Made by a program: the position numbers and the translations under genes
Notes under the pieces: model-generated
What the model was told of the DNA's origin: nothing
What the model saw: the letters and a program-made list of their open reading frames with translations, nothing else
Databases searched by the model: none
Shown: piece by piece, positions 9,221 through 18,522 of the stretch
How positions within the stretch are numbered: the first letter of the stretch is position 1
Layout: every line of letters starts with the position of its first letter
IMG/VR virus record: IMGVR_UViG_3300031088_000008
Location: 224,001-288,000 of that record
DNA length: 64,000 bases
Origin: a virus
Taxonomy: Duplodnaviria; Caudoviricetes
Direction: 5' to 3' (one strand)

Positions 9221-9592
9221 ATGGCCGTTGTGATCAAGATCAAGGCGACGAAGATTTCGGCAAAGAGCAAGCAGGATATCATCCGCAAGCTCGAAGGTGA
9301 TTTCCGCACTGGTTTCCAGCGCCATTACGGCTACGGTCTGGTCGGTCGACGGGATGGCCGTTACGATGGCATCGTCCGCCTTTACAGCCTCGAGAAGCAC
9401 AATCGGAAGGTGCAGGTCACCAAGAAGCTGATCACTCGCGGCAAGGACAAGGGCAAGCTCGCAGAGACGCGGACGGTGCTTCGTGAGAGCGGCTGGATCG
9501 CCCACTACTACGATATCCCCGAGGATATGGTCGAGACGGCGGGTACTTCGCAGGGTACTCGGACGTTCAAGCTCAAGCTGAAGGGCGCGTAA
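9221..9592 (+). CDS. Basic hypothetical protein
   Basis: Cassette promoter and RBS. Confidence 0.7.
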   Translation: MAVVIKIKATKISAKSKQDIIRKLEGDFRTGFQRHYGYGLVGRRDGRYDGIVRLYSLEKHNRKVQVTKKLITRGKDKGKLAETRTVLRESGWIAHYYDIPEDMVETAGTSQGTRTFKLKLKGA

Positions 9593-9828
9593 TGGACTGT
9601 GGTCATCAGTGCCATGAGATCGGGGGTCCCTGGATAGCAGAGGACCCCAACTGCCCCATTCATGGCACCAACGGCGTTGGGGAAGATCTTGAGCGTATGG
9701 TTGACATGCGTGAGGTCATCCGTCTTCTGGTCGAGGCACTGGAACTTCATGAGCGGAACGCCCACTGCTCGCTTTCCCTGGATAGTGAGGACAAGGCGTT
9801 GATCGAGAGGGCCAACTCTTTTCTGTAA
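9592..9828 (+). CDS. Hypothetical protein
   Basis: TAATG coupling; CxxxC...CPIH. Confidence 0.6.
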   Translation: MDCGHQCHEIGGPWIAEDPNCPIHGTNGVGEDLERMVDMREVIRLLVEALELHERNAHCSLSLDSEDKALIERANSFL

Positions 9829-9892
9829 AACTGGTTGACAGCCCTGTCCAGTTTGCTAGGACAGGGGTGTAGGCAACGTAGGGAGAAACAAG

Positions 9893-10069
9893 ATGAGCAA
9901 CACGACGGGAAAGCGGGGCGTTCGCAACATGCAGCGCCGCCAGGTGCGACGTGTTCTCAACGGCTCCCCTGAGTTCTTCACCCGCGCTGGCTCGGCCATC
10001 ACCATCCGCAAGGGCTGGGGCGGCGGCATCGGAAAGAACAATCTCCTCGACCGCAGCGTGGAGGCATAA
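9893..10069 (+). CDS. Small basic protein (58 aa, not in ORF track)
   Basis: Cassette promoter + GGGAG; MSNTTGKRGVRNMQRR... Confidence 0.6.
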   Translation: MSNTTGKRGVRNMQRRQVRRVLNGSPEFFTRAGSAITIRKGWGGGIGKNNLLDRSVEA

Positions 10070-10070
10070 A

Positions 10071-10373
10071 ATGGGCTACGCGGATCTTCTGAGCGGCTCC
10101 AGTATTGCTGGCATGCTGGCACAGGCCATCGCCGAAATGAGCACCCAGACCGAGGACACTCCTCACTGGGAAGAGGGTCGGCAGATCGACATGGATGCGT
10201 TCGATCGTCTCCCACGTCAGGTTCGCGACCACATCAACGAGCATGGCAGCTTTTACCCCATCGAGGACGTCCTCTGGGAACATCAGAACGATCATCGCGG
10301 TGACTGGGAGCTCACGCTGGTCTGGCTGCTGGAATGTGAGGACTTGGAGCGCGAACTCGCGACCGTCCACTGA
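10071..10373 (+). CDS. Hypothetical protein
   Basis: GGAGG RBS; start corrected to 10071. Confidence 0.65.
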   Translation: MGYADLLSGSSIAGMLAQAIAEMSTQTEDTPHWEEGRQIDMDAFDRLPRQVRDHINEHGSFYPIEDVLWEHQNDHRGDWELTLVWLLECEDLERELATVH

Positions 10374-10822
10374 TGAGCAGCCGTCCCAAAGCCCCTGTTG
10401 GTCTCTTTATTGGCGGACCACGTTGCAAGCGGTGCGATGTTCCGTTTGCCTCTGGCATAATGAGCGATGGTATTGGCTACTGCCGAAACTGTCAATGGGA
10501 ACAAGGCTATGAGGGACCGCAGCGTGAGAGCCAGTGCCTTTCCTGTTTCAACAACATTGGGCTTGACAAAAAGGGTCACGTTCAATGCGCGGCGCTGATG
10601 TATCAGATGCGCGATGGCACCTGGAGGGATCGAACCAACCAAGCGGAACGTTGTCACTTCATTGAAATGGGCATGAAGAAGATCTGTCAGCCCATTGTTC
10701 CAGATACTCGCAAGAAGCCTGAGTTCATGTGCGAATGTTATGAGGACTTAAAGGGCAAGAGCCGGAACTGTGTTCAGGTAATGGATCCAGAAAACTTCTT
10801 CTCGCGCAAGAGATTCTGGTAG
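10373..10822 (+). CDS. Cys-rich (Zn-finger-like) protein
   Basis: CxxC x3; TGATG coupling. Confidence 0.6.
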   Translation: MSSRPKAPVGLFIGGPRCKRCDVPFASGIMSDGIGYCRNCQWEQGYEGPQRESQCLSCFNNIGLDKKGHVQCAALMYQMRDGTWRDRTNQAERCHFIEMGMKKICQPIVPDTRKKPEFMCECYEDLKGKSRNCVQVMDPENFFSRKRFW

Positions 10823-10873
10823 ACAACCAGGATGGGTCTGCTATCCAGAATGCAGACAACGAGGAGAAACGCG

Positions 10874-11530
10874 GTGGCGAAGACGATCGAACAACTGACG
10901 GCAGATCTTGATCGAGCCCGCAATGCTCTCAAGAGGGCCCAGGACAACTTCCACATCGCCCACAACGCTTTCACCACCGCCCAGCTGGCCGAAGAGGCCA
11001 AGGAAGCGATGACGCTGGAAAAGGCGCTGGAAACCAACGTGGCCAGCGGCTGGAACAAGCGCGGCGATGCGTATCTCTCGCAGCTTTCCTGGAAGGGCGC
11101 ATGGGCCGGCACTGGTCTGCGGAACGGTGGCGGTCACTGGTGCCGGACGGATCAGAACTGCCTCACGGTCGCGGTCAACCACAAGTGGGATGACGACAAG
11201 CTGGTGACCCTGAGCCAGCTGATCGAAAGCGTCCTGCCCGTGATCCGCCCCGGAATGTTCGAGGGAACGCTCAAGCTGACCAGCAAGGGAGCAGCGGTCA
11301 AGACTGACCTGATGCGCGGATTTAACATTGCGGAGCACACTCTTTCCCGCTATAGCGACTGGAAGTTGGCGTGGATCCAGGGTGACGAGTGGGCGATCTT
11401 TGATCACCGTGACATCGATCGCAGCTGGGGCAGGGCTCGGGTTACTGGTTCGCTTTTGGAATGCTTGAAGGAAATCAGGCAGTACCTCTGGAGCGAGGGT
11501 GGGACTTATTCGGAAGAGGATGACAACTGA
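10874..11530 (+). CDS. Hypothetical protein with N-terminal coiled coil
   Basis: Cassette-like promoter, GAGGAG, GTG start. Confidence 0.7.
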   Translation: MAKTIEQLTADLDRARNALKRAQDNFHIAHNAFTTAQLAEEAKEAMTLEKALETNVASGWNKRGDAYLSQLSWKGAWAGTGLRNGGGHWCRTDQNCLTVAVNHKWDDDKLVTLSQLIESVLPVIRPGMFEGTLKLTSKGAAVKTDLMRGFNIAEHTLSRYSDWKLAWIQGDEWAIFDHRDIDRSWGRARVTGSLLECLKEIRQYLWSEGGTYSEEDDN

Positions 11531-12399
11531 TGTCGTGGTACCATTTGCACAACAATCCTGACACGATGGTTGAGATAGGAAATCTCAAGGGCGACATCTA
11601 CCGGGGACGGTACGCTGACCAGTCCGACGAGACGATCGAGAATGTGATCGCCAATCGCCAGCTTCTCATCCAGGGCATGGCCAAGATGGTCGAGGACTTC
11701 AAGGCTGGTCGGCCCATCTATGCCAAGATCCACAGTGGTGCAAGGGCCGGCAGCATCGCAAAGATCGAGCGCGACTGTCTTCAACTCCGCAACATAAGTT
11801 CAGTTCCCAAGGGCCCCGCTTATAATATCATCCGCCAAGGAACGTTGCCAACGGATCCCAACATCTTCATCCGCGAAAGCAAGTCGGGTTTCATGGGTAT
11901 CAGGGAGCCCAACCTGCTGGAAATCTACATGATGGAGTGGATTGAGCAGGACGGCTCAAAGACGCTTCGTTACGAGTTCGATGGTCGAAAGCCCGTTGCT
12001 ACTAACTGGGGCGACCAAACCGGCCTGGAGATCCTTCCCAATCACGTGGGACCAACGGTTTATCTGTTTGCCAAAAAGCCTCCCAAGACCGAGGAGGAAA
12101 AGGCCAAGAAGGTTGATCTCCTGCCCTGCGTTCCCCTGGATATGTTCGGCAACGAGCTGGCAATCGGTGACATGTTCATCTATTCGCGCCGCGATGAGCT
12201 GGTGATCGCACGTCTGAAAAGAACCCACGCCAGCGGTTTCATCACCGCAGAGACCATCCTTGACAAAAAGGAAGTGCGGCTGCAGGGAGAAGTCAGCAGC
12301 CACGCGACCAAGACTGGTCAGCACAATCCGGCGCTGATGAAGTTTGACAAAAACGAGGTGCTCAGCACCAAACTGATGATGGAGAAATTGAAGCGGTGA
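11530..12399 (+). CDS. Hypothetical protein
   Basis: 289-aa ORF coupled to neighbours. Confidence 0.75.
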   Translation: MSWYHLHNNPDTMVEIGNLKGDIYRGRYADQSDETIENVIANRQLLIQGMAKMVEDFKAGRPIYAKIHSGARAGSIAKIERDCLQLRNISSVPKGPAYNIIRQGTLPTDPNIFIRESKSGFMGIREPNLLEIYMMEWIEQDGSKTLRYEFDGRKPVATNWGDQTGLEILPNHVGPTVYLFAKKPPKTEEEKAKKVDLLPCVPLDMFGNELAIGDMFIYSRRDELVIARLKRTHASGFITAETILDKKEVRLQGEVSSHATKTGQHNPALMKFDKNEVLSTKLMMEKLKR

Positions 12400-12725
12400 G
12401 TGACCTTTTAGCCAGAGCCCAAGCGGCGTTGAAGAAGGCTGAGCAGGACACACTCAACTGGCCCGGTCCCTGTCATCAGTGCAAATACTGGAAAAGCTGG
12501 CTGGGAGGTGTGTCCAATTTCGACTACTGCACCAACGAGCTGGCGCGTCTCGAGACATTCACTCCTCATGGTGGCTACGATGTCAAGCTGCCAGAGTGTG
12601 CCAACGTTCGCTCCCAAAAGGGAATGTGCGGCCCAGAGGGAAAACTCTTTGAGCCCAAGGCCACCGCGGTCATCGCCAAAAACATCGCCAAAAAGGGTTT
12701 CTGGGCCTGGCTTCGAGGCAAATAA
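12396..12725 (+). CDS. Cys-containing hypothetical protein
   Basis: CHQC...C...C...CGPEGKLFE. Confidence 0.65.
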   Translation: MSDLLARAQAALKKAEQDTLNWPGPCHQCKYWKSWLGGVSNFDYCTNELARLETFTPHGGYDVKLPECANVRSQKGMCGPEGKLFEPKATAVIAKNIAKKGFWAWLRGK

Positions 12726-12785
12726 CTGGTTGCATAGCCAAACTCTGGTGCTAGTGTCTGTTTATCGGACGCACAGGAGATAGAC

Positions 12786-13088
12786 ATGCTGCTCATTTAC
12801 ACCCACAATACGCGCATGAAGACCGGTTGGATCATCACCGAGGATCTGATCGCGCCGGGTGGCGGCAAGTATATCCCCGCAAAGCTCAAGCATCCGCAAG
12901 CGCAAAATGCCCAGCTGATGTGCGAGGCGCTCTCGCGTTACTTCCGCGAAGACACTAACATGCGTGTGCGGCCAACGCTCCGCGCTGCATACGAAGGTGC
13001 CCTCAAGTATCTCGCAAACGCAACCGACTACAAGTATTTGCCCGCAACTGCTCTCGCTGCAGAGCGTATTCTCGTAAAGGGGAACTGA
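12786..13088 (+). CDS. Hypothetical protein
   Basis: Cassette promoter and RBS. Confidence 0.7.
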   Translation: MLLIYTHNTRMKTGWIITEDLIAPGGGKYIPAKLKHPQAQNAQLMCEALSRYFREDTNMRVRPTLRAAYEGALKYLANATDYKYLPATALAAERILVKGN

Positions 13089-13089
13089 T

Positions 13090-13665
13090 ATGCCGTGGAA
13101 CAAGGTCGAGGACATTGCTCCTCCCACCGATCGCGTGGTCGAGGTAACAAGCGGCGGAGCGTGGACCTACGAGGACAGCTTTCTCGACTCCACGCATCGC
13201 CATCGTCCCAACACAACCGCTCGCCACTGGACATATCAGGGCGATGTTGCCCTTGTGCTCTGGTACAGCGCCGAGGCACTTGGTACCAAGCAAGGTTCCT
13301 TTCTGTCCACCAAGGGAGGCATGATGCCTCCGTTTACCTTCTGGCGGGAGTATGAGAATCCACTCGCCGGCCTTGAGGGCTACATCACGGACACCACGCC
13401 ACCTCGTCCAATCAACGAGCGGTTCGATGGCGATGCTCGCCTCCGACTGTATCCTGATATCGAGGCAGCAGCCAACAAAAACATCGCCTGGCTGCAGGAC
13501 GTGATCGGTCGCGATGTGGCCGCTGGTCGTCCACCCCTTCCATCGTCGGAGCGTGGTCTGCGACTGGGTATCGAGCATGCCAACAAGGTCACCGCCGACC
13601 GCGCAGCGGCGTATGACCCCTATGAGCTTCCAGAAAACGTCCGAGGAAAAGCAAAAAGCGGTTGA
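13090..13665 (+). CDS. Hypothetical protein
   Basis: Operonic ORF. Confidence 0.7.
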   Translation: MPWNKVEDIAPPTDRVVEVTSGGAWTYEDSFLDSTHRHRPNTTARHWTYQGDVALVLWYSAEALGTKQGSFLSTKGGMMPPFTFWREYENPLAGLEGYITDTTPPRPINERFDGDARLRLYPDIEAAANKNIAWLQDVIGRDVAAGRPPLPSSERGLRLGIEHANKVTADRAAAYDPYELPENVRGKAKSG

Positions 13666-13719
13666 TCACCAGGATCCTGGTGTTACCCCTCTTTTATAGA
13701 AAACACCAGGAGGTCAACT

Positions 13720-13890
13720 ATGGGTGGTAAAATTCGTACCGGTTGGTTCATCGAGATCCTCGCCAAGCTACACCGCAGCAACAAAAACGGTGGCATGGAC
13801 GGCGGCGACCATCGAAAGGACATGAGCTACCGTGCCACCAGCGCGCGGAAGCGTCGCCGTGAGGGCAAAAAGATCGACCTCGATGATTGA
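13720..13890 (+). CDS. Small basic protein (56 aa, not in ORF track)
   Basis: Cassette promoter + AGGAGGT. Confidence 0.6.
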   Translation: MGGKIRTGWFIEILAKLHRSNKNGGMDGGDHRKDMSYRATSARKRRREGKKIDLDD

Positions 13891-13986
13891 TCAAATTATC
13901 TGAACAAAACCAGAACAAAACTGGTTGACGTTCCATTTCCTGGTGTTAGAGCTTGTTTATCGGAAACGCAAACAAAGGAACACAAG

Positions 13987-14352
13987 ATGGGCAAGCTGGT
14001 AAACCTGAACAAGAACGCTTCGGCACTGATCGGCACTTCGGCTAAGGTTCGCGTCCGCGTCCTCGGCGGCATGTTGCAGATTCTCCCCACGAATCGTGTC
14101 AAGTCCATCAACTTGCCCAAGGGCGAAATGCTTGCTGAACTGAAGGTTCGCGCAGATCGCGGTACGGTTCGCTTCCAGATGCCCGACGTGGCCGGTCTCA
14201 ACGAACTCGACGGCGCAGAGGGCGCAAAGTTCAACATCGTCCAGGGCAAGCATGGCTGGCTCACGATGGTCAACGTGACCGAGGCCGCAGAGCTGCTGAA
14301 GACCCCGATCGGTCAGGCTGCCCCAGCTGGCGCAAGCATCACCGCAAAGTAA
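13987..14352 (+). CDS. Paralog family A protein 1
   Basis: VNLNK..SA.IG...KVR.R...G.LQ.LPTNRVKSINLPKGE shared with 14456 and, more loosely, 49869. Confidence 0.8.
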   Translation: MGKLVNLNKNASALIGTSAKVRVRVLGGMLQILPTNRVKSINLPKGEMLAELKVRADRGTVRFQMPDVAGLNELDGAEGAKFNIVQGKHGWLTMVNVTEAAELLKTPIGQAAPAGASITAK

Positions 14353-14455
14353 AAGACTTTGCAACTCTGGTGAGAAAGTGGTTGACGCCCTCTCACCAGA
14401 GTGTAGATCCAGAACATGGACGGGGCGATGGTCGCCCACAGCGAGGAGATCGAAA

Positions 14456-14812
14456 ATGGCTACTGTGAACCTGAACAAGCTGGCATCGGCAATGATCGGC
14501 GAAAACACCAAGGTCCGGATTCGACTGGTCGATGGTGCGCTCCAGATGCTGCCGACCAACCGGGTCAAGTCCATCAATCTCCCCAAGGGTGAGACGCTGG
14601 TCGATCTCCGAGTCAAGAAGGGCGCAGTCAACACGTTCCGCTTCACGCTTCCCAAGGAAATGGAACTGCAGGTCTCGATGATGCATCGTGCGGTTCGCGG
14701 AAAGCACGGCTGGATTGCCCTGGAAGCGATGTCGGCCGAGGAGCGCGCAGCGGCGCTGATCGTCAACGGCGCAGGCCCCAAGCCAGCCCACGCTTCGGTG
14801 TCGGAAAAGTAA
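14456..14812 (+). CDS. Paralog family A protein 2
   Basis: Tandem paralog of 13987-14352 with its own cassette promoter. Confidence 0.8.
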   Translation: MATVNLNKLASAMIGENTKVRIRLVDGALQMLPTNRVKSINLPKGETLVDLRVKKGAVNTFRFTLPKEMELQVSMMHRAVRGKHGWIALEAMSAEERAAALIVNGAGPKPAHASVSEK

Positions 14813-14854
14813 AATAACGGTTGACGCTCAGGATGTTGGCACTAACGTCCTGAG

Positions 14855-15120
14855 TGTTACTACGGACTTACAACGGATCAACGCTAACTGAAAGGAGGTA
14901 CGTATGCGCTAAGGAACATGGCGTCGCCCCATAGCGCCGAGGGGCTTTAGAGAAAAGATAGGATCGGGATTACTGCTGCCATGGAAGTTGGCGCGGAATC
15001 CAATGGACTCCAGCCCAACGGCGCCCTCAGGGGCGCTGTTGTCGTATCCGGCGTCCAGCGCGGCACCCAATTGGAAGACTTCTCCTTTAGCGGATGGTAA
15101 AGCGAGGAAGTCGCGCCTTT
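14855..15120 (+). ncRNA. Candidate GGA-rich small RNA
   Basis: Promoter TTGACG 14821; about 440-bp gap with no ORF; 9 GGA motifs in 14864-15007; hairpins 15016-15041 and 15077-15112. Confidence 0.5.
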
Positions 15121-15256
15121 GTGTTGCTTCTTAATTGAGATATTCTGAAATCCATGCTATTCCGGGTCAGCCCGCTGGAAGGGGCTGGGTCGTAATATCG
15201 TGTATCTCATATCTAATTTAGTTGCAAGCCAAAGTAGCTTATAATATGGGTCAAAG

Positions 15257-15733
15257 ATGATGAAGACACTCTGGCTATACCGACCCCTATTGAACACCAG
15301 CGATGTGGTGCAGTGGGCCTATGAGACTGGGATCAAGAAGATCATGCCAGTCCATGAGCTGCACTTGACACTGGCAACCTGTCGAGAACCCGTTGACTGG
15401 AGTGGCATCACCCTTCAGACCAATCAGCTGGTTATCCCCGAAGGTTACAAGACCATTCAGATCTTCGGCTACATCGCGAAAGCTATCAGCTTCGGCCATC
15501 CCGCAGTCAAGGAACGCCACGAGGCGCTCGCAGCACTCCTGCCCACGATGGATCATTCAAACATCCTACGGCCCCACGTCACGCTGATGCGTGGTGGAAA
15601 GATGCCCCGCGAGGGCTATCCCGGCAAGCTGGTCTTTGGTCCTGAGGTACTCGAGGAGTTCAACGAAACTGCGGTGAAGAATATCAAGCACGTTCTGGTC
15701 AAGGACTTGATGCCCGAGGAACCCACTGAATAA
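15257..15733 (+). CDS. 2H phosphoesterase, anti-CBASS Acb1-like
   Basis: Two HxT motifs (LHLTL, PHVTL); KTLWLYRPLLN...PVDW N-terminal pattern; about 158 aa. Confidence 0.7.
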   Translation: MMKTLWLYRPLLNTSDVVQWAYETGIKKIMPVHELHLTLATCREPVDWSGITLQTNQLVIPEGYKTIQIFGYIAKAISFGHPAVKERHEALAALLPTMDHSNILRPHVTLMRGGKMPREGYPGKLVFGPEVLEEFNETAVKNIKHVLVKDLMPEEPTE

Positions 15734-15793
15734 TCTGGTTGCCCTGTGAGTTCCTGGTGTTAATTCCAGGACAACAGATGCAGGAGACAGGCA

Positions 15794-16396
15794 GTGATTG
15801 ACCAGGAACAGATCGAACTAGTCCGCAAGATGTGCAAGCGTCCGGCAAGTGGTTCGCCCATCGTGATCGGCATCTGGGGCGATGATCGGACGTCCACCGT
15901 GGAGTCGATCATGGGCCCCGACATCAAGTATCGGATGCTGGGTGCCAAGGCCCTGGACGCGATCAACGACAAGGAGATCACCGTCCTGGTCGACTTCTGG
16001 CCCGAGCATGAAACGGAATGGACGCGCCACTTCGATCAGCTTCGCTTCCGCAACCAGATCATCATCATGCTCGACCCTGGTCAGCCCTATGGCGAGCGTT
16101 TTCTCTCGCGCATCGCGCTGGTCGGCGAGCGTGAGCCCAAGCCAACCCCGCCGGTCAACTTCCGCAAGTCGCTCAACGCCTATACGTCGATGCAGACCAA
16201 TCACCGTGATGCGCGGAACTTTGTCCTGGACATTGAGGCAAAGTACGACCTGGAACCTCGCAGCACTTTCAGCGGTGGTGGTCTGGAGAGCGTGACGTTT
16301 TACAAGGCCGATGGTGAAAAGGATAACCGCTTTATCGTTTGCTTTCTCTTCCAAGATGCTGCACAGGTCGATATCCTCTTTGGAGAGCTAGTGTGA
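15794..16396 (+). CDS. Hypothetical protein
   Basis: Cassette promoter and RBS. Confidence 0.7.
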   Translation: MIDQEQIELVRKMCKRPASGSPIVIGIWGDDRTSTVESIMGPDIKYRMLGAKALDAINDKEITVLVDFWPEHETEWTRHFDQLRFRNQIIIMLDPGQPYGERFLSRIALVGEREPKPTPPVNFRKSLNAYTSMQTNHRDARNFVLDIEAKYDLEPRSTFSGGGLESVTFYKADGEKDNRFIVCFLFQDAAQVDILFGELV

Positions 16397-16818
16397 TCGA
16401 GGCAACGGCCAGGGCAATATTCGACAAGCTCAGCGAGGGTACGCCCAAACGTACCCCTGACTGGGACAAACAGCCCGAGCATCTAAAGGATGTCTTCCGT
16501 CGAAAGGTCGTGGCCGGCAATCGGTGGTACCACTATGGCGCCAACCTCGCTTTCATTGTCCGTGGCGACCTGACACTGGCAACCTACACGCCCTTTACCG
16601 AGCGCCTGGCCATGAAGCAGTTCAATGGTCCGCCTCCCGCTCCTCGCTTTGGTGCCCAGATCCAACTCGACAAAGAGATCGCGGTCGCCCGCAAGGAAGC
16701 CCATGAGGCCGAGGAAAAGGTAAAGCTCAATCCTGGTTCGCTGGGTCATCAACAGATGGCGCAGGTGTCTCAGGACAAACTGGCAGAACTCCTGCATAGA
16801 AAGGAACTGATATCGTGA
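16393..16818 (+). CDS. Hypothetical protein
   Basis: GTGA overlap. Confidence 0.6.
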   Translation: MIEATARAIFDKLSEGTPKRTPDWDKQPEHLKDVFRRKVVAGNRWYHYGANLAFIVRGDLTLATYTPFTERLAMKQFNGPPPAPRFGAQIQLDKEIAVARKEAHEAEEKVKLNPGSLGHQQMAQVSQDKLAELLHRKELIS

Positions 16819-17059
16819 CCCGTGCAACCAAGCTGGACTTCAGTGCCAACGAGGAAGCGGAATTCCTAAAGGAAACTGGCTTTCAAAAGCTGGAGGGCAA
16901 GGGTGTCCTGGCAATCATCGACCTGATCCTGATCAAGCGGGTTGCCCGTATGCGTGAAGACGAGGAGCATCGTCGCTGGGAAGCACAGGGCGGCTATTAA
17001 ACTGGTTGACAGCTTCCACTCTTGGCTCCATAGTTGGACACACACAACGGGAGGTAGCA

Positions 17060-17410
17060 GTGGCATCAACGGCAACATATTCGTGCAAGCGGTGCCAGCA
17101 GCCTTTTACGGCTAGGACGGCAGATCGCGCACGTGGATGGGCACAGTTTTGCAGCAAGTCCTGCAAGGCCATCAAACAGGTTCAGAGCGGCGGCGCATCA
17201 GGCCCCGGTCACGTGGGTAACAGCAAGCCCAGCAAAAAGTATCCGCGCCACGATGGTCGTTCGCCCATGAAGTACAAGTTCTGCGATACGTGTGGCGAGC
17301 CCGCGATCAATGGCGCGATCGGGGCCGGTGGTATCGAATGGTATTGCCAGCGACATGAGCATGAGGCTCGTACTCATCCCTTCTCCAGTGAGGCACACGG
17401 GCAGTGGTAG
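17060..17410 (+). CDS. Zn-finger-like protein
   Basis: CKRC...FCSKSC and CDTC...CQRH; GGGAGGT RBS. Confidence 0.65.
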   Translation: MASTATYSCKRCQQPFTARTADRARGWAQFCSKSCKAIKQVQSGGASGPGHVGNSKPSKKYPRHDGRSPMKYKFCDTCGEPAINGAIGAGGIEWYCQRHEHEARTHPFSSEAHGQW

Positions 17411-17709
17411 ACAACCTGTTTCCCAAAACGCCCCACAAGTGGCGTGCTAGTCAGATGGGTTACGATCCATCGAGCTATTGCGACCACTGTGGTGCCAACA
17501 ATTACGCAAGTTTTGGCACTGAGTATTGCGAAGACTATGTTCAGGCCAAGCTGGAAGAAGAGCAGAAGAAAACTCACACTCATCCACCAACCGAGGCAGC
17601 TTTCGCCAAGGCCAGGACGCTTTTGACGGAAGAGGAGTGGAAGCTTCTTGGTCTCGACCGCTATCCAAACGGTCGTGAGTACCGTCCCAAGGATTATATT
17701 CGGGTATGA
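17404..17709 (+). CDS. Hypothetical protein
   Basis: Coupled ORF, CDHC motif. Confidence 0.6.
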   Translation: MVDNLFPKTPHKWRASQMGYDPSSYCDHCGANNYASFGTEYCEDYVQAKLEEEQKKTHTHPPTEAAFAKARTLLTEEEWKLLGLDRYPNGREYRPKDYIRV

Positions 17710-17826
17710 CACATGATCACTGGATTGGCGTCATAATAGGATTGGGAGGTTTTCTCTTGATCCTCGTCCTAATCGTGCTATTCACACCAAGTGGAAAAGC
17801 CCCAGGGGGCTGGTAGGAGATCGAAC

Positions 17827-18522
17827 GTGGCAAAACTATCGGAAGATGAACTCAACAAGATTCGGCAGGATGTCAAGAACATTGCCCTGGGCATCGCAGT
17901 GCAGATGACTCCCGAGGAAGAGGAAGCTGCCCATCAGAATCGGATGACTCCGGCGGGCGGTGAGGAGGCCGAATATGCGATGGATCGTTTTGCCATCGCA
18001 CAGGACAGCTTGTTCGCCAATCATCCCATGTTCAGCAATCCAGTCTCGATCTATCGACAGGCGCTGACCACCTATCCCATCGTGCCCACGTATGGTTCGG
18101 GATCAATCAGCTTCGACGGCGACAAGATCTACGTATCGCCCGAGTGGTATTCGGAACGTCCGCTCGAGGAACTCAAGTTCACGACCGCCTGGATGGCCTT
18201 TCTGATCGCACGTGGTCATCACAAGACCGGGCAGGATCGAAAGGACGAGGAGGGCTTTTCCTTTTATCACTGGAACACGGCCGCCAATCTCCTGATCAAT
18301 CGCGTGATGGTCGACGCCAAGACGGGAACTCTGCCGCAGGTCGGTGTCTTCCTCACCGGCATCGGCAACGAACTCAACGCCGAGACGACCATCGAGGAAG
18401 TCTACGAGCTGATTCGTGAAAAGTCGGAGCGTGAGCTGAACAAGCTGTTCTGGCCGCTGTTGGCTGGCAAGTGGATCGACTACGATGAACTCGACGTTCT
18501 GGATGTGGACTTTCCCGAATGA
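17827..18522 (+). CDS. DUF2201 N-terminal (metallopeptidase-like) homolog lacking HExxH
   Basis: DGDKIYVSPEW..ELKF...GHH..G.DR...WNTAANLLIN...TIEEVYELI pattern; TAWMAF at the usual HExxH position. Confidence 0.55.
   Translation: MAKLSEDELNKIRQDVKNIALGIAVQMTPEEEEAAHQNRMTPAGGEEAEYAMDRFAIAQDSLFANHPMFSNPVSIYRQALTTYPIVPTYGSGSISFDGDKIYVSPEWYSERPLEELKFTTAWMAFLIARGHHKTGQDRKDEEGFSFYHWNTAANLLINRVMVDAKTGTLPQVGVFLTGIGNELNAETTIEEVYELIREKSERELNKLFWPLLAGKWIDYDELDVLDVDFPE

Noticed and set aside
14855-15250. tmRNA or tRNA in the non-coding gaps (also 5238-5449, 32683-32843)
   Set aside because: No T-arm GTTCRA/CCA acceptor arrangement or ANDN-type tag frame seen; no tRNA recognised anywhere in the window
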